A DNA stretch of 64,000 bases from Candidatus Bathyarchaeota archaeon (GCA_963833125.1 CAWHWX010000005.1:71506-135505); one strand, 5' to 3'; shown: positions 50,605-61,678, numbered from the stretch's first letter. A program made the numbers and translations. The notes: generated from the sequence alone by a model not told the origin.

Positions 50605-51009
50605 TTGCCTTTGCCTCTATTCTTCACTCCCAAACACGCTGACCAGGTTTTGCCCGAGGTCAAAGAGGTGGTGCAGCGAGTAGTTGCGATTAAGAACGAG
50701 GTGGATGGCGTGACAAATGACGATCAGATGACGGAGACAATGGAGAGGCTGGAGAAGGAGGTCAAGAAGCTTGAGGAGCTGGGATGCATTCTGAAGGACA
50801 TGAGTATTGGATTGCTCGATTTCCCCGCTGTTAGACTTGGAGAACGTGTTTGGTTGTGTTGGAAGCTTGGTGAAGAGCACGTGACTTTCTGGCACTCGCA
50901 AAACGAGGGCTATGCTGGCAGAAAGCCTGTAGTGGAGAAGGAGTTCTATGATGATGATCTTGCCATTAGATCGTTAAATCGAGAGATCGTTTCGAAGGCG
51001 CACCCGTAA
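50605..51009 (+). CDS. DUF2203 family protein
   Basis: FT...A...LP, KD...GL.DFP, LCWK.GE....WH...G.AGR. Confidence 0.88.
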   Translation: MPLPLFFTPKHADQVLPEVKEVVQRVVAIKNEVDGVTNDDQMTETMERLEKEVKKLEELGCILKDMSIGLLDFPAVRLGERVWLCWKLGEEHVTFWHSQNEGYAGRKPVVEKEFYDDDLAIRSLNREIVSKAHP

Positions 51010-51612
51010 GATCTTGAGTTCCTCGAAAAACAACGCTCGATGATCAACCGTAGAGAAGTCGAACATATCGTACGTTTGACGCAGCGCCTCGGGGCTGTTC
51101 AGGCTACTGACCAGGACCAGAGCCTCACCGCTCTTCCGAAGATGACGAGAGAGTTCTCTGAGAAACCTATCGATGAGATTCCTACCTTCCTGGCCCCCAT
51201 CAACTGTCTTGTCTTGAATGTCTGTGCTCGGCAGGTAGGGGGGATTGAACAGGATTAGATCATATTGATCGGGTAGGTTGGAAAATAGGTCGGATACTAC
51301 GAGTTTCAAATCAACTCCAAGTGCACGTGCGGCCTTAGCTGTATGATCGATAGCTGTTTCGTCGATATCGGATGCGGTGACGTGTGCAGAGCGGAGAGCA
51401 CAATAGAGCCCCAACACCCCTGAACCAGTCCCCAAATCCAAAACTTCCTTCCCTTCGACTGAAAGTGGCGCAACTGCGTCGATCATCAGAAAAGTATCGT
51501 CGCTCGGTGCGTAGACTTGAGATGGAATACTGGTCGTTGCGCTCAAAATCCTTCTAAGGATTTCATTTGAATTTTGAGCTTTCAATGCGAGTGCCTTTGC
51601 AAAGGGAGGCAA
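50974..51612 (-). CDS. HemK2/MTQ2 protein-glutamine methyltransferase
   Basis: VY.P.DDTFL, LDLGTGSG, FNPPYLP, DGG..GR, FFEEL. Confidence 0.88.
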   Translation of the reverse strand: MPPFAKALALKAQNSNEILRRILSATTSIPSQVYAPSDDTFLMIDAVAPLSVEGKEVLDLGTGSGVLGLYCALRSAHVTASDIDETAIDHTAKAARALGVDLKLVVSDLFSNLPDQYDLILFNPPYLPSTDIQDKTVDGGQEGRNLIDRFLRELSRHLRKSGEALVLVSSLNSPEALRQTYDMFDFSTVDHRALFFEELKILRVRLRNDLSI

Positions 51613-51614
51613 GC

Positions 51615-52230
51615 TTATGGCTGTGCCATGAATTTGATGAATTCTTCTTTTGTGCGAGGTTTTAGCGTGTAATTGCTCTTTCGTTCATCTCCAATTGTTG
51701 ATGATGGTTTGCTTCCGTAATCGTGGCCAGGATATACTTGGGTAGAATCATCTAAAACCATGAGCTTGTTGAAGAGGCTGTCGTACATTTCACTTGCACT
51801 GCCCCCTGCCAAGTCAGTTCTTCCGCATTCTCCAATGAATAGAGTGTCACCGGTCAAAACGATACCGTTAACGAGTAAACATATGTGATCGGGACAATGG
51901 CCAGGCGTATGAATCACCCTAACCTTCAACGAACCAATCGATACTGTATCTCCGTCTTTGACAGCGACGTCTTTCCGTGAAGGTGACATTTCGTGCATTA
52001 TGATCTTCGCACCAGTCCGTTTCGCGACAGCCTCATTTCCCTCAACATGGTCGTGGTGTGAGTGTGTATTGATCACGTATGATACATTCAAACCGAGCTC
52101 CTTGCATTGTCTGAGTATTTTGTCCACTTCCCATGCCCGGGTCGACAATGGCGGCTGACTTCGTCTCTTCGTCTCCAATCATGTATGCGAAGTTCTGGAA
52201 TGTTCCGACAGGGATCTGTTTGAAGATCAT
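51615..52230 (-). CDS. MBL-fold hydrolase (glyoxalase II-like); frameshift near 52140
   Basis: NFAY.IGD, THSHHDH, TPGH, TGDTLF, GRTD, PGHDY. Confidence 0.9.
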
Positions 52231-52297
52231 GGTAGAGAGTGAGGGCGCTGGGTAACTTTAATGACTTGCGCTGTGGCAGCCAGCCACCTGACGTATC

Positions 52298-52654
52298 ATG
52301 ACTTCGTTGGTTCTGGTTTACGAGCCGGACTTGTTATTCTCATCGAGAATAGAGAGCGTTGGCGCGAAGTTTGGCCTCGAAGTCAGAACAGTTACCACGG
52401 CTAATGCGCTTCGAGAGGGTTTGAAGGGAGTATTGCCAAAGTTGTTACTTGTGAACCTCGATGCCCTAGACGAACGACACGAATCATTGAAAGAGCTTGT
52501 TTCGCCGGGAAGCTGTAGATTGTTAGGTTACTATTCGCATGTGGACGCTGAATCTGCTGAAGAAGCCTTGAGGTCTGGGTTTGAACTTGTGATTCCACGT
52601 AGAGCGTTTGCAGTCAAGCTCAACGAAATCTTCGCTAAGGTCAGCTCAAGCTGA
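52298..52654 (+). CDS. receiver-domain-like protein (degenerate)
   Basis: DLLFSSRI, LLVNL, GYYSHVD, G...V.PR..F. Confidence 0.65.
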   Translation: MTSLVLVYEPDLLFSSRIESVGAKFGLEVRTVTTANALREGLKGVLPKLLLVNLDALDERHESLKELVSPGSCRLLGYYSHVDAESAEEALRSGFELVIPRRAFAVKLNEIFAKVSSS

Positions 52655-53497
52655 TAGTTCTCTCACTTTTCGAATATTACCGGCTTCATCTCGTCGTTCG
52701 TCAATAGGAGTTTCCATTATTAATGGAAGGTTTCTGACTGTTTCATGCTTGAGTAGGGTTTTGAAGCCCTTCTCTCCAATGTACCCCATTCCAATGTGTT
52801 CATGTCTATCCCGCCCGGATCCGAGGCCGTACTTCGAATCATTCAGATGAATCACTTTCAATATTCCCAATCCCAAAACCGAATCGAACTTGATCAGAGT
52901 TTCGTCAACTCCTCGAGGGCTGTGTAGGTCGTAGCCTGCGGCGTAAGCGTGTGCTGTGTCGAAGCAAATCCCAACTCTCTTCCGATCATCAACACGGGCT
53001 AGGATTTTCTTGAGATCCTCGAAAGATGAACCCATGCTATTCTTGGTGCCAGCCGTATTCTCCAATAGCAGCATAACCTCATTCGGGTTCTCCGAGACAG
53101 CTTGGTTAATGGCGCCACTAATCCTCTCAAGGCCCAGATCTTGGCCCTTGCCCATATGACTGCCCAAGTGCGTAACTACATATTTGACGCCTAGGGTTCC
53201 GCATCGGTCAAGCTCAGCTGAGAGGGACTTCACCGATCGATTGTAGATCGATTTCTTTGGTGATGATAAGTTAGGCAGGTACGGCATGTGAGCTACCACT
53301 GGAGTCATCGAGTCCGACTCGTTCTTGCGCTTGAACTCATCCACTTCCTCTCGATCGAGTTTCTTGAATTTCCATCCCCGCGGGTTCCTCGTAAAGATCT
53401 GAAAAGTGTCACACTGTAATTCACGTGCGCGGTCTATCGCTTGGTCCATCGTACCTGAAATTGAAACATGCACACCAACCCTCACCAATGAAATCAC
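52646..53497 (-). CDS. nfo: endonuclease IV
   Basis: GVHVSI, FQIFTRNPR.W, H.PY..NL, LENTAG, CFDTAH, HLNDSK, DRHEHIG, ETP. Confidence 0.95.
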   Translation of the reverse strand: MISLVRVGVHVSISGTMDQAIDRARELQCDTFQIFTRNPRGWKFKKLDREEVDEFKRKNESDSMTPVVAHMPYLPNLSSPKKSIYNRSVKSLSAELDRCGTLGVKYVVTHLGSHMGKGQDLGLERISGAINQAVSENPNEVMLLLENTAGTKNSMGSSFEDLKKILARVDDRKRVGICFDTAHAYAAGYDLHSPRGVDETLIKFDSVLGLGILKVIHLNDSKYGLGSGRDRHEHIGMGYIGEKGFKTLLKHETVRNLPLIMETPIDERRDEAGNIRKVRELSA

Positions 53498-53597
53498 CTA
53501 GCCGCAATGAAGAGGTAAGAAAAGAAAAGCTGTTCGATTACTCCCGAGGGTTAGTCGGAAAGGTTGATATGAGCACAGGCTCGCACGGTGAAACGAT

Positions 53598-53736
53598 GGC
53601 CGCCGTAGCGTAGAGGAGACCACAATCTCCACGCAACTTGGTAGCGTATAGACCGCAAAACGGGTACAAGGCTGTGGACCCTACGGGGCGGGTTCAAAGC
53701 GCCTCTGGAAACGGCGTGAAAATCCCGCCGGCGGCC
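53598..53736 (+). tRNA. tRNA-His(GUG) with three BHB introns (53614-53636 at 15/16; 53652-53669 at 29/30; 53699-53722 at 59/60); encoded G-1
   Basis: Spliced product G GCCGCCG UA GCGU AGCUUGGUA GCGU A UAGGG CUGUGGA CCCUA CGGG GCGGG UUCAAAU CCCGC CGGCGGC C. Every intron forms hairpin + 3-nt bulge + 4-bp helix + 3-nt bulge. BRE/TATA-like GAAAGGTTGATATG lies ~27 nt upstream. Confidence 0.92.
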
Positions 53737-53737
53737 C

Positions 53738-54707
53738 TCAATTCTCATGTAATCTGTCAAGCACTCTCATTGCTGTCAAAGTGATCATCTTGCTTGGTTT
53801 TCCTGGTTGTTCAAGTGAGAATGGGGTAGGATTCTCTTTGGGATGTTTCAAGAACCATTCCGCCATTCCTCCCTCAACATCGGGGTGGATTGCATCAAGA
53901 TTCCACTTCCCATCACTTCGCCTCTTCTTTTTCAGCAACTTCACCGCGTAGCCGAGTCTTCTGTCGCTCCCGTATCCTAGAGCAGTCATGAAATCGAGGC
54001 CGACAAGCAAATCATAGTAGTAGTGCACGGGGTAGTGGAAACGGTACCAGGGTCGGTAGCGCACCCCCTGCTTATGCAGCTCCCGCTCAAGAAAGAATTC
54101 CGCACCGTGCTCGACACCTCGTTTGATGCTCCTCGTCCACTTCTGCTTAGGGTAGACCGCAAAGGCGCTCATAGGTTCCCAAGAATCTAGATTCCTACCA
54201 CTCCCAAAACAACTCCACCCGCCTTTCTTGCTCTGGTTCTTGAGGAGCCAGTCAAATGAGCGCTTAACTTTCGGGTGGTCAGCGTAGCCGAACTTAACAA
54301 GAGCTCTTGCTGTGTTTCCTACTGTGCAAAGGTGTCCCTTGCTCCACCTCTCAGAACCGAATCCGCCGTCCTTCTTAGCAAACCGCCTCATCCACAAATT
54401 ACAAGCCTTGCTAATCTGAGGGTTCGCCTTAGTGAGCCCTAGATCTGACAAGATGAGAAGCATCCAATTCGTCGACAGATATTTGGGTCTGTAGAGGCTT
54501 TCACCATCAACCCACCAACCTTCGGGATGTTGCTTGGCAAGAATCTCAGCCGCCCAACCCACGTTAGAAATCAGCTGTTTTCGCTGATTGAACTTCAGGA
54601 TCATTCTCAGGCTTTCCCAATAATTGTGTGAGTGCTAGGTACTTGATTGAGGGTTGATTTTCTTCCAACAGCCAGTTCAGAGTACTCAAGCGCAGGCTTT
54701 CATTCAC
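53738..54707 (-). CDS. prenyltranserase/squalene-cyclase-repeat (alpha/alpha barrel) protein; frameshift near 54570
   Basis: WLLE..PS..YL, Q...G.W, Y.PKY.ST.W, Q..KGGW.C, F.YP.HY.YD.L, KPSKMIT. Confidence 0.75.
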
Positions 54708-54866
54708 CGCCTCTCGTGTCCGAAGCGGGATGGCCGGACGCGGATAATAAGAATCGCAGTGCGTGAGGGGCCGATAAGTGGTGTAAGACAGCATCGTGCG
54801 AAGGTCCGACGGAGAATTAAATACCAAAGGTACCCTGGTAGAAGGTGAGAGGGAAAGTATCTCGCA

Positions 54867-55010
54867 ATGAAAAATGATGAGGAAGACGATAATTTGGAAA
54901 AAATCGCCAAACTGCAAGTTTCTCTGGAAGGTAAAGACTACATCGCTCTCATCATTGCGGCGCTGGAAACAATCTTTCTGCCTCTTCTCATCTTGGTTGT
55001 TGTGATGTAA
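54867..55010 (+). CDS. small membrane protein
   Basis: MKNDEEDD...LEGKDYIALIIAALETIFLPLLILVVVM; below the ORF-track size cutoff. Confidence 0.5.
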   Translation: MKNDEEDDNLEKIAKLQVSLEGKDYIALIIAALETIFLPLLILVVVM

Positions 55011-55079
55011 TCCTGGTATTGCTACTGCGCTGAGTCGCGCCCCATTCGTAGGCCTTTCAGCGACTGTCTTTGAAAGAAA

Positions 55080-56053
55080 GTCAATTCTGTAATGGCATCT
55101 AACTAAGTGACCTGGCACATTCGCTTCTAGCTCTGGTTCTATCTCGGCGCAATAGGTTCGTAGCAAACTGACAGCGTGTTCGAAATCTGCAACCCGATGG
55201 GATATTGATCGGGCTTGGTACATCTCCTTGAAGGACGGGAGTGCCCTTTCGCTGGTCTGGATCCGGGATAGGTGCGGATGCTAGAAGGGCATACGTGTAA
55301 GGGTGCATCGGCCTCTCGTAAACACCCAGAGTGTCGGCTTCTTCGACTATCTTTCCCAGATACATGACCAGTATTCTGTGGCACATGTACCTGATTACCG
55401 ACAGATTGTGCGAAATGAAAAGGTACGTTAAATCGAACTCTTTCTGCAAATCCTTCAACAATTCCAGAATCTGAGCTTGCACAGACACGTCCAGCGAGGA
55501 CGTTGGCTCATCCAGCACGACGAATTTGGGCTCGACCGCGAGCGCTCTGGCGATGGCTATCCTCTGCCTTTGCCCTCCACTAAATTCATGCGGAAACCTG
55601 GCAAGATGATCGGGGTTAAGTCCAACTACTCTGATCAGCCTCTTCGCTTCATCATAAGCCTCACCTCTGCTCCGGACAATTCGATGGATTCGCATCGGCT
55701 CGGTAAGCGCAGAGCCAACGGTTTGTCGCGGGTCAAGAGAGGCATATGGGTCCTGAAATACGATCTGCATCTTCCGCCGGAATGGCTTGAGCCTTCTACC
55801 TTTCAGTTTAGTGATATCCGTACCGTCAAAATACAATTGCCCTTTTGTAGTGTCGAGCAGTCTCAGGATTAAGCGCGCAACAGTTGTCTTGCCGCATCCT
55901 GACTCGCCAACAATCCAACAGTTTCTCCCTTCTTTACGCCGAACAGAAACCCCCTCGACGGCTTTTACATAACCGACAGTTTTCCCTAAGCACGCCGCCT
56001 TTTATCGGGAACCATTTGTAAATGTCGTTCGTCTCTACTAGAAAATCTGTCAA
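55080..56053 (-). CDS. oppF: oligopeptide/dipeptide ABC ATPase (OppF-like); frameshifted, 3' end approximate
   Basis: VGESGCGKTT, FSGGQRQR, DEPTSSLD, HPYT, GCRF..RC, CH. Confidence 0.88.
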
Positions 56054-56059
56054 TAGGAT

Positions 56060-57192
56060 TCATCCGTAAAGTAGGCATTCGACCTCATGGCCTTTTCTCA
56101 ACTTCAACCAGCTGGAGGTTTTGTCAATGGGCACTCCGCAAAGGCTTTGGGGCATCGTGGATGAAATCGGCAACCAGTTGGAGGGTAAATAAGGTCCGGC
56201 ACCGAACCCTTGATTGATTGAAGCTTAACAGTGGACCTGTCAGGCCTGGGAACTGCGGCCATTAAGCCCTGCGTGTAGGGGTGAAGTGGGATTGGCGAAA
56301 AGCTCGCGAAATTCTGCCACTCGACAACGTTGCCTGCGTACATCACAGCGACCCGATCACAAACTTCCGAAACAACACCCAAATCATGGGTGATCAAGAT
56401 GATTGAGGCATCGATTTTGTCTCTTAATTCCGCTAGTAAGGCGAGAATTTGCGCTTGGACGGTGACGTCAAGAGCCGTGGTAATCTCGTCTGCTAACAAA
56501 ACCTTCGGTCTTCTAACAAGCGCCATTGCAATCATCACGCGTTGTCGCATCCCGCCCGACAGTTCGAAAGGATACATTTTGAAGATTCTCTTGGGATCGG
56601 GCAACTGGACAATGTTGAGGTATTCCAAGGCAATGTCTCTTGCAAGTGTCTTGGCCTCTCCTTTACTCAGCTTGCCAGAACGCAAAGAATCCTGAAGCTT
56701 TGTTCTCTCGGTCTCCAAATCCTGAAAGGCACGATCTCCTCGTTTGTCGTGTCCTTCGATGTCTCGTAGCCGGTCCTCAATCATTTGTTGTTTGTAGAAT
56801 TGTCTCTCTGAGATTAAAGCCTCAGTAATCTGCGCTCCGACTTGAAAAACAGGGTTCAGGTACGTCATAGGATCTTGAAAGACCTGAGCAATATCCTTCA
56901 GCCGGACCTGCCTCATCTCCTCTTTGCTAAGTGTCGACAGATTTCGGTCTCCAAGTGTGATCCGTCCGTTAACTGAAGCGTTTTCAGGTAGTAGCCCGGC
57001 AATTGCGAGCGCTGTTACTGACTTGCCGCATCCGCTCTCACCTACCAGGCCCAAAATCTCGCGTCGATTCAGGGTAATGTTCACTCCATCCAGTGCCTTC
57101 ACGTCGCCTGCGTATGTGTGAAAGACTACTCGCAGGTCTCTAACTTCGAGGACTGACGTCGTAATGGGTGGTGGTCTGGGCGCTTCGAGCAA
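56060..57192 (-). CDS. oppD: oligopeptide/dipeptide ABC ATPase (OppD-like); 3' frameshifts
   Basis: GESGCGKS, LSGGMRQR, ITHDL, HPYT, GCRFHPRC. Confidence 0.9.
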
Positions 57193-57213
57193 GCTTACTC
57201 CACGCCACTATCC

Positions 57214-58167
57214 TTAGCGCCTGAGCCTTGGGTCGAGGACATCTCTGATGCCATCGCCGAGCAAGTTGAAACCCAATACTATGACCACGATTGTTAAACC
57301 TGGGAAGATTATCAGCCATGGAGCGGTGAAGACATAGTTTATTCCATCTGTAATTAGGTTACCAAGTTCCGGGAGCAATGGGTTCGGCGAAAACCCCAGG
57401 AACATCAAGGCAGAGAACGTGAGAATAACCGAGCCTATGTCGAGTGTCATTTGGACCAGCATGGGGTAAATTGAGTTTGGCAAAATATGCAGGAACAGAA
57501 TCCTCAGCGGGTTCGCTCCGGTTGACCTCAGAGCTTCGACGTAGGGTTTCTCTTTCTCGCTAAGCACTTGTGATCGGATCAACCTGACGTAAAACGGCCA
57601 CCATGTGATCAAAACTGCGACTGTAAGGTTCAAGATCGTCCTGCCCAGCACGACCATAAACAGGATGGCGAGCACGAGCGCTGGTAATGCAAGGAAAACG
57701 TCGGTAACCCTCAAAATTAGCTCGTCAATTTTGCCGCCAGCGTACGCGGCTAGTGAACCGAAAACGACGCCAATCAGGGTAGCTAGCAGTACTATTGCCA
57801 ATGAGATTTCCAAGTCAAGGGGAAGAGCTAGGATTATCATCTGCAGCAGATCGCGGCCGTATGCATCAGTTCCAAGGGCGTACGTCGGTCCAGGGCAACT
57901 GTATAGATTCGGAACTGGCCAGCTAAAAGCCGGATTGTTCCAACAAAGGCGCTGGCTTAATTGCTGAACTTTCCAAATATTCGGATTAACTATAACTCCT
58001 GAAAGAAGCGCCATGAGAATCGAGCCAATCGCTATAACCGACCCAGCTACGACCACCGGGTTTTTCTTATATAGCGAGTACAGGTGCTTCAGTTCAGCTC
58101 TTCTGCCGGTAAGACTCCTTCCCTCGCCTTCTTGCAAAGCAACAGAGGTAGTTTCTTCCATTGACAT
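57214..58167 (-). CDS. oppC: oligopeptide ABC permease
   Basis: LGTDAYGRD, EAA-like motif, HILPN, FNLLGDGIRD.LDPR. Confidence 0.92.
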   Translation of the reverse strand: MSMEETTSVALQEGEGRSLTGRRAELKHLYSLYKKNPVVVAGSVIAIGSILMALLSGVIVNPNIWKVQQLSQRLCWNNPAFSWPVPNLYSCPGPTYALGTDAYGRDLLQMIILALPLDLEISLAIVLLATLIGVVFGSLAAYAGGKIDELILRVTDVFLALPALVLAILFMVVLGRTILNLTVAVLITWWPFYVRLIRSQVLSEKEKPYVEALRSTGANPLRILFLHILPNSIYPMLVQMTLDIGSVILTFSALMFLGFSPNPLLPELGNLITDGINYVFTAPWLIIFPGLTIVVIVLGFNLLGDGIRDVLDPRLRR

Positions 58168-59285
58168 CAGTACCTGATCCTCGGATCCAAAACCGCGTAA
58201 AGAATGTCAACAGATAAGTTTGTAACGACAAGTATCAACACGATTACGAGGGAATATAGTTCCAGAAAGTTTATGTCAAGTACAAGGCTCGCGGCCACAA
58301 GGGCCTGCCCTATTCCGGGGTAGGCGAACACGAATTCTACCAGAACAACCCCGCCCAGTAGACCGGAGAAAAGGAATCCTGAAACTGTAATTGCGGGGAG
58401 CATGGCGTTTCTAAGAGCATGTCGATAGACGACGATCCTTTCGCGAAGACCCTTTGACCTAGCTAGCAAGACGTAATCCTGCCTAAGCGCCTCCATCATG
58501 CTTGATCGCACGATTCTAGTTAGCAAAGCTATCAGCCCCAGGCTAAGAGTCAAGGTGGGAAGAATCAGGCTTACAAGACTGTCCCAAAAGTATGGTACGT
58601 TTCCTGACAAAAGAGAATCTATCAAAGGTAACCCCGTGATTGCAGCTATGGTTCCGGGCGAGTAGACGCAGATAGCGCATTCTGTCGCAAGTGCGCCTTG
58701 ACTTGGAAGCAAACCTCTGCCATTCACGGAGAGATAGATCACGAAAACTATCTGAACCAAATATCCAAACCAATAAGTTGGAAGTGAATAGCTCGTCAGC
58801 GATATCAGTCTAGAAGCGTGGTCTGGAAGTTTGTTGTTCTTTGTGGCGGAGATGATCCCCATAGGAAACGCGATGACGAACGTCACTATCGAGGAGATGA
58901 CTGCAAGCTGTGCGGTGTACGGAAAACGAGCTGAAAAAACATCCCAAGTCTTCGCTGTTCCAGCAAGGCCTGGAAGTTGAGAGTAACCCCAATCGCCTTT
59001 CAAAACCAACCCCAACCAACCGGCGTACTGCGACCAAATTGGTGCAACACAACCGGGCGCATGTGACGTGAAGGCTTGATATGATGCACAGGCGGAAGTA
59101 GCCACACCTAATCCTTGGGCTAAACCAAGTTTTTGCGCATCGGTCATCCTGGGAGTAATGTACGCAGATAGCGCATACTCAGGTGGAAGTGCCCCACGCG
59201 AAAGGTAGAAGACGATTAGACTGACGGCAAAGAGTACGAACGTGAGTAGAAGCATTCGCCTTAATGCGTACTCGTAGAGTTTCAT
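58167..59285 (-). CDS. oppB: oligopeptide ABC permease
   Basis: GDWGYS, FP.T..L, DYV..ARSKGL, HALRNA, LYA.LDPR. Confidence 0.92.
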   Translation of the reverse strand: MKLYEYALRRMLLLTFVLFAVSLIVFYLSRGALPPEYALSAYITPRMTDAQKLGLAQGLGVATSACASYQAFTSHAPGCVAPIWSQYAGWLGLVLKGDWGYSQLPGLAGTAKTWDVFSARFPYTAQLAVISSIVTFVIAFPMGIISATKNNKLPDHASRLISLTSYSLPTYWFGYLVQIVFVIYLSVNGRGLLPSQGALATECAICVYSPGTIAAITGLPLIDSLLSGNVPYFWDSLVSLILPTLTLSLGLIALLTRIVRSSMMEALRQDYVLLARSKGLRERIVVYRHALRNAMLPAITVSGFLFSGLLGGVVLVEFVFAYPGIGQALVAASLVLDINFLELYSLVIVLILVVTNLSVDILYAVLDPRIRY

Positions 59286-59380
59286 CTAAGCCACTGGAGG
59301 TATGCGCCCCTCGGATTCAAAACCTTTGGCAAACGTCTTCTTGTGAAAGCGAGTTCAAGGACTTTTGTGGCAAGCTTTAA

Positions 59381-61654
59381 ATGCAGTTTGAGACGCCAGA
59401 AGCAACTATGTCAAATTCTAGATCTAGAGCAGTAACGTTAATGCTTCTATTAGCACTGACAATTTTCGGCTCAGTCTACTTCGCAGCCAGCAATCTTCCG
59501 CCAGTTTCGGCCCAAACTTCATCGGGTCCATCCATTACTTGGGAAACACTCAACACGCCACAGTACATTGATCCGCAAGTCTCATACTTCTCGTACGACT
59601 TCGGCGTCATGCAAAATGCGTACGAACCACTCCTCTGGTACAACGGCACATGTTCGACCTGCGTAATTCCTTGGCTAGCTCAGAGCTATACAAGTTCATC
59701 CGACCTCAAATCCTACCAATTCACGCTACGGTCCGGGGTAACATTCGCTGACGGAGAAACCCTAGACTCTACAGCTGTCTACTTTAGCCTAAACAGGTTG
59801 CTCGTTATGGACGGCAGCACACCTGTGGGACACGGAACACAAGCATCATGGATCGTTCAACAGCTGCTTGACACGTCTTACAGTACAACCCTTGGGGGAC
59901 ACGTAACCTACAACTCCGCATACGTCGATAAGATTCTCGCGGAGAACTTCGTGCAAATAACCAGTCCGACTACATTCACGATAAACGTGATGAACCCCAA
60001 CTCTGCGTTTCCATACCTACTCGCTAATGAGTGGGCAAACATCGTCGCTCCAAACTATGTGATGCAGCACGATGTTGCCCTCTGGAACCAGTCCAGCACA
60101 GGGTACAATCTGCCTTATCCATCATTGTCAAGTGCACCCGATATGATGACAATGATCAAGGACTACTTCTACGATGAAGTAGCTACGTGCAACTCGGGAC
60201 TCACACCGGCAGGATGTGGAACAACCTACCTAGACCACTCATACCAAGGATCAATGGCAGGGACAGGTCCATACTGGATTCAGAGTGTAGGTCAGACGAC
60301 CAACGACATCGTTTACCAAGTGAACCCGAACTACTGGGGCGGCCCATACGCAACCAAAATCACGCCACAATATACAACAGTCACAATCAATTACGTTCCA
60401 GACCAGGCAACTCGTGAGATAGACCTACGAAACGCAGCCAGATCTGGACAAGCAATGACCATAGACGTAACAGGCGACCACCTCTACGATGTAGCGGATC
60501 GGAACATGTGGATCAACAATAACACAATCCAATCAACGATCCAAGGTGTCACTCTATACGGACCCTACAGCAGCTACTCGACTCTCTTTGACCCCTTCGA
60601 CACCAACGTGACAAACATTTTCACAGGTAAGCCATACTCATTCCAGCCCTTCGCCGACAGAAGATTACGGCTCGCATTCGCCGACGCAGTAAACATGACC
60701 ACGATCAATACGTCTGTCAATAACAACCTCGGCCAAGTAGCTCTGAATGTCATTCCACCAGGCCTACCACCTCAAGGCGCATACAATCCGATGAACACAC
60801 CCGTCTACAGCTACAACCTTGACGCCGTTCAAAGCCTCTTGCTCGACGCCATGATGAACCCCATAACCTCCTTCACGTTAACAAACGGCAACCCAGCACC
60901 AGCAGGCGAATTCAACAACGCATTCGGATGCTCAACGCTATCATCATCAGGGAAATGTGCGAACCCAATCAGTCAATCGATCACCCTTGTCGCTCCGACG
61001 GGAGACACTGTAGACCTAGCAATCCTGAACACTATCGCTGGCAACGTGAACAACGTAAGCACAACTTACAACATGGGACTAACGGTAACCGTTGAACCCA
61101 TCCCAATTGGCACAATGATCACCGAAGCTTTCTCAGGGAACCTGTACATGTACGCACTAGGATGGTTTGACGACTACCCATGGGCAATAGACTTCCTCGG
61201 CCCAATGTACGCCCCATCACAAACCTACCCAGGACCTGATGGCTGGAACCTTCCAGCTCTTGGAGCATTGTACCAAGACGCAGTCAAGTCAAGTGGAACC
61301 GGTGACGTGGCCACGCTAAACAAAGACACCGACTCAATGAACACTATCGCCAATCAGGCAGTAATGTACCTCTGGACGTTCTACCCGCTAGGAGGATGGG
61401 ATGGAACCAGTGATGCCGTCGTAACTTTCACATCCAACGTCGCAGGCTTCACATGGAACCCGTCCGTTCAACCAGATGGCCCATACTTCCCAGCACTAGC
61501 ACCATCAAGCGCGACTATGACAACAGCATCGTCATCGGCAGCAGGAGCACCAAGCTCAAGTCTAACAACAGCGGCCGCAGCAGTTGTAATAATAATCGTC
61601 GTCGCCATAGCCGCAATAGTCCTCCGAGGCCGTGGCAAGAAGACTAAAACATAA
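59381..61654 (+). CDS. oppA: ABC peptide substrate-binding protein (family 5) with C-terminal S/T linker and TM anchor
   Basis: IDP, YEPLL, F.LR.GV.F.DG, GTGPY, NPNYW, GW..DY. Likely start at 59408. Confidence 0.88.
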   Translation: MQFETPEATMSNSRSRAVTLMLLLALTIFGSVYFAASNLPPVSAQTSSGPSITWETLNTPQYIDPQVSYFSYDFGVMQNAYEPLLWYNGTCSTCVIPWLAQSYTSSSDLKSYQFTLRSGVTFADGETLDSTAVYFSLNRLLVMDGSTPVGHGTQASWIVQQLLDTSYSTTLGGHVTYNSAYVDKILAENFVQITSPTTFTINVMNPNSAFPYLLANEWANIVAPNYVMQHDVALWNQSSTGYNLPYPSLSSAPDMMTMIKDYFYDEVATCNSGLTPAGCGTTYLDHSYQGSMAGTGPYWIQSVGQTTNDIVYQVNPNYWGGPYATKITPQYTTVTINYVPDQATREIDLRNAARSGQAMTIDVTGDHLYDVADRNMWINNNTIQSTIQGVTLYGPYSSYSTLFDPFDTNVTNIFTGKPYSFQPFADRRLRLAFADAVNMTTINTSVNNNLGQVALNVIPPGLPPQGAYNPMNTPVYSYNLDAVQSLLLDAMMNPITSFTLTNGNPAPAGEFNNAFGCSTLSSSGKCANPISQSITLVAPTGDTVDLAILNTIAGNVNNVSTTYNMGLTVTVEPIPIGTMITEAFSGNLYMYALGWFDDYPWAIDFLGPMYAPSQTYPGPDGWNLPALGALYQDAVKSSGTGDVATLNKDTDSMNTIANQAVMYLWTFYPLGGWDGTSDAVVTFTSNVAGFTWNPSVQPDGPYFPALAPSSATMTTASSSAAGAPSSSLTTAAAAVVIIIVVAIAAIVLRGRGKKTKT

Positions 61655-61678
61655 CAGCATACAAGCGACCGACCAAAC

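Noticed and set aside
5077-57192. Many split genes (tcmP, parB, trmB, three MFS, DUF1028, guaB, Rieske, MBL hydrolase, oppD/F) suggesting mass pseudogenisation or programmed frameshifting
   Set aside because: Single-base indels hit core genes indiscriminately with intact motifs on both sides and no shared slippery signal. Long-read consensus error is the simplest explanation.
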